From positions 704,628 to 768,627 of the forward strand of contig JAQGDQ010000051.1 of assembly GCA_030141605.1 (NCBI GenBank): a DNA stretch of 64,000 nt, written 5' to 3'. The notes below the pieces were generated by a model, which was not told the origin of the DNA, ran no database searches, and saw only the letters and a program-made list of their open reading frames with translations. Made by a program: the position numbers and the translations under genes. The DNA comes from Tubiluchus corallicola. Lineage: Eukaryota; Animalia; Priapulida. Below are positions 62,687 to 64,000 of the stretch, one piece after another (positions within the stretch are counted from its first letter, which is position 1; each line of letters opens with the position of its first letter).

Positions 62687-64000
62687 CTGCAAAATATTAT
62701 ATATTCACTTTTGACTAATTTTCAGTAATTCTACTAGTACATTTAATATTTACACATTTCTAACTTGAAAGATTTTCTTAATTATTCAGAGCATTACCAA
62801 AGCATTTTTTTAAAAAAATTGTGCTAATTTAATTATTTTGTCTGGTGTGTTCTAAGAAATCTAAGTAGGGCGTATATCGAAGCACAGTATTTACTCTTAT
62901 AGCTTGCCCTGGTTACTTGGACATAACTTTTCCATATGAACAAGAATGTATCTAAGCTCCACCGTGTCGTCTCATCAAGGCCTTTTGCTTGATTTACAAC
63001 AAGCCACTATTTGTTAACACAGGGAACAGGAAGCATAAGTGACCCTTACCCCCCCCCCCCGATTTTGGCTTTCCCTAGCCGCATACTAAAAAATGTGGTC
63101 CTAGCTCAAAAATGTAGGAGTTCCAGCCTAACAAAAAACAAAGGACCCACCCTAGTGGCCTAGTCCTGTGAGTTTTTTTGGAACTTGTCACTTTTTCATT
63201 CACGGCCAGTAGGTCAACGTTCTGAAAGTCATAATATTGCTTCGGTTGAATTTGCCATGCTTGACTGACAGAGCTTCAGAGAGTTGCCAAATAACTAATT
63301 TTAAGTATCAATAGTATTTTAGCATTAGCACATTCAAACCATTTTTTAAAGAACAAGAAAACCCTTTACTTAAATAAAGTTAAAAAATTCGTCTTGAAAT
63401 TTTGTTCTACATACTGGCATATTGTACACAGAGCTTGTATTAGCAGCAACGCTGTACAAAACTTGAAAATATAAACTCCCGCAAACATTTTGCTGAATGT
63501 TGAGACAGCTTGAATTGAAAAAAGTACTCCATACAGTATACATACAATTTATTTCGTACATGTAATACAATAAAAAGGCAGTGCAGAATAAAGTTAATAT
63601 AAAGACACCCAGAGATATGAAAAAACAACAGACATACAATAAATCAAATAGGTAAAAAAGTGCTGAAAATATGAAAGTATGACAAATACAGGTAAATACT
63701 CAAATCAATACAATAAAAATCAATACTCAAAAAAACACAGTAATAGTGGTAATTGATATATTCAATGTATATAAAATTCAAAGAAGAGTTATATTGCTCT
63801 GTATGCTAATAAATTATACAGATCTTTCCTTTCCAGAAATGTAGGCCCATAAATTTGGGAATCGAATACACCAGTTCCAATATTGATCAAAAAATGCACA
63901 AGGCGGAAGAATTTAACTGTGAATCAAACCCTCAACATTTAGATGAAAAAGTTCTGCTGCTCTTACTGACCTATTTCCCCTTTCATTAACAACGCTTGTT

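Overview
AT-rich animal (probably invertebrate) genomic DNA. The whole window lies inside one minus-strand host gene that the ORF track misses. I read 18 GT-AG exons (62686 to 9, 2369 nt, about 789 aa, all phases compatible) that encode the middle of a TMEM131-family protein, ending in FTPDFT...LPRPHWE plus a transmembrane helix. The introns are full of transposable elements: (1) a complete P element with 63-bp TIRs, an 8-bp TSD and a lesioned THAP transposase, nested in an L2 tail; (2) two head-to-tail arrays of a non-autonomous Helitron, one showing apparent terminator bypass and capture of another Helitron's 3' end; (3) a Penelope-like fragment with inverted pseudo-LTRs carrying hammerhead-like motifs; (4) a decayed BEL/Pao element split by a pogo-like MITE; (5) a decayed near-full-length LINE, RTE/L2/CR1 fragments and several MITEs. 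No prokaryotic features, CRISPR, rRNA or tRNA were found. Family assignments come from motif recognition by eye, not from database searches.
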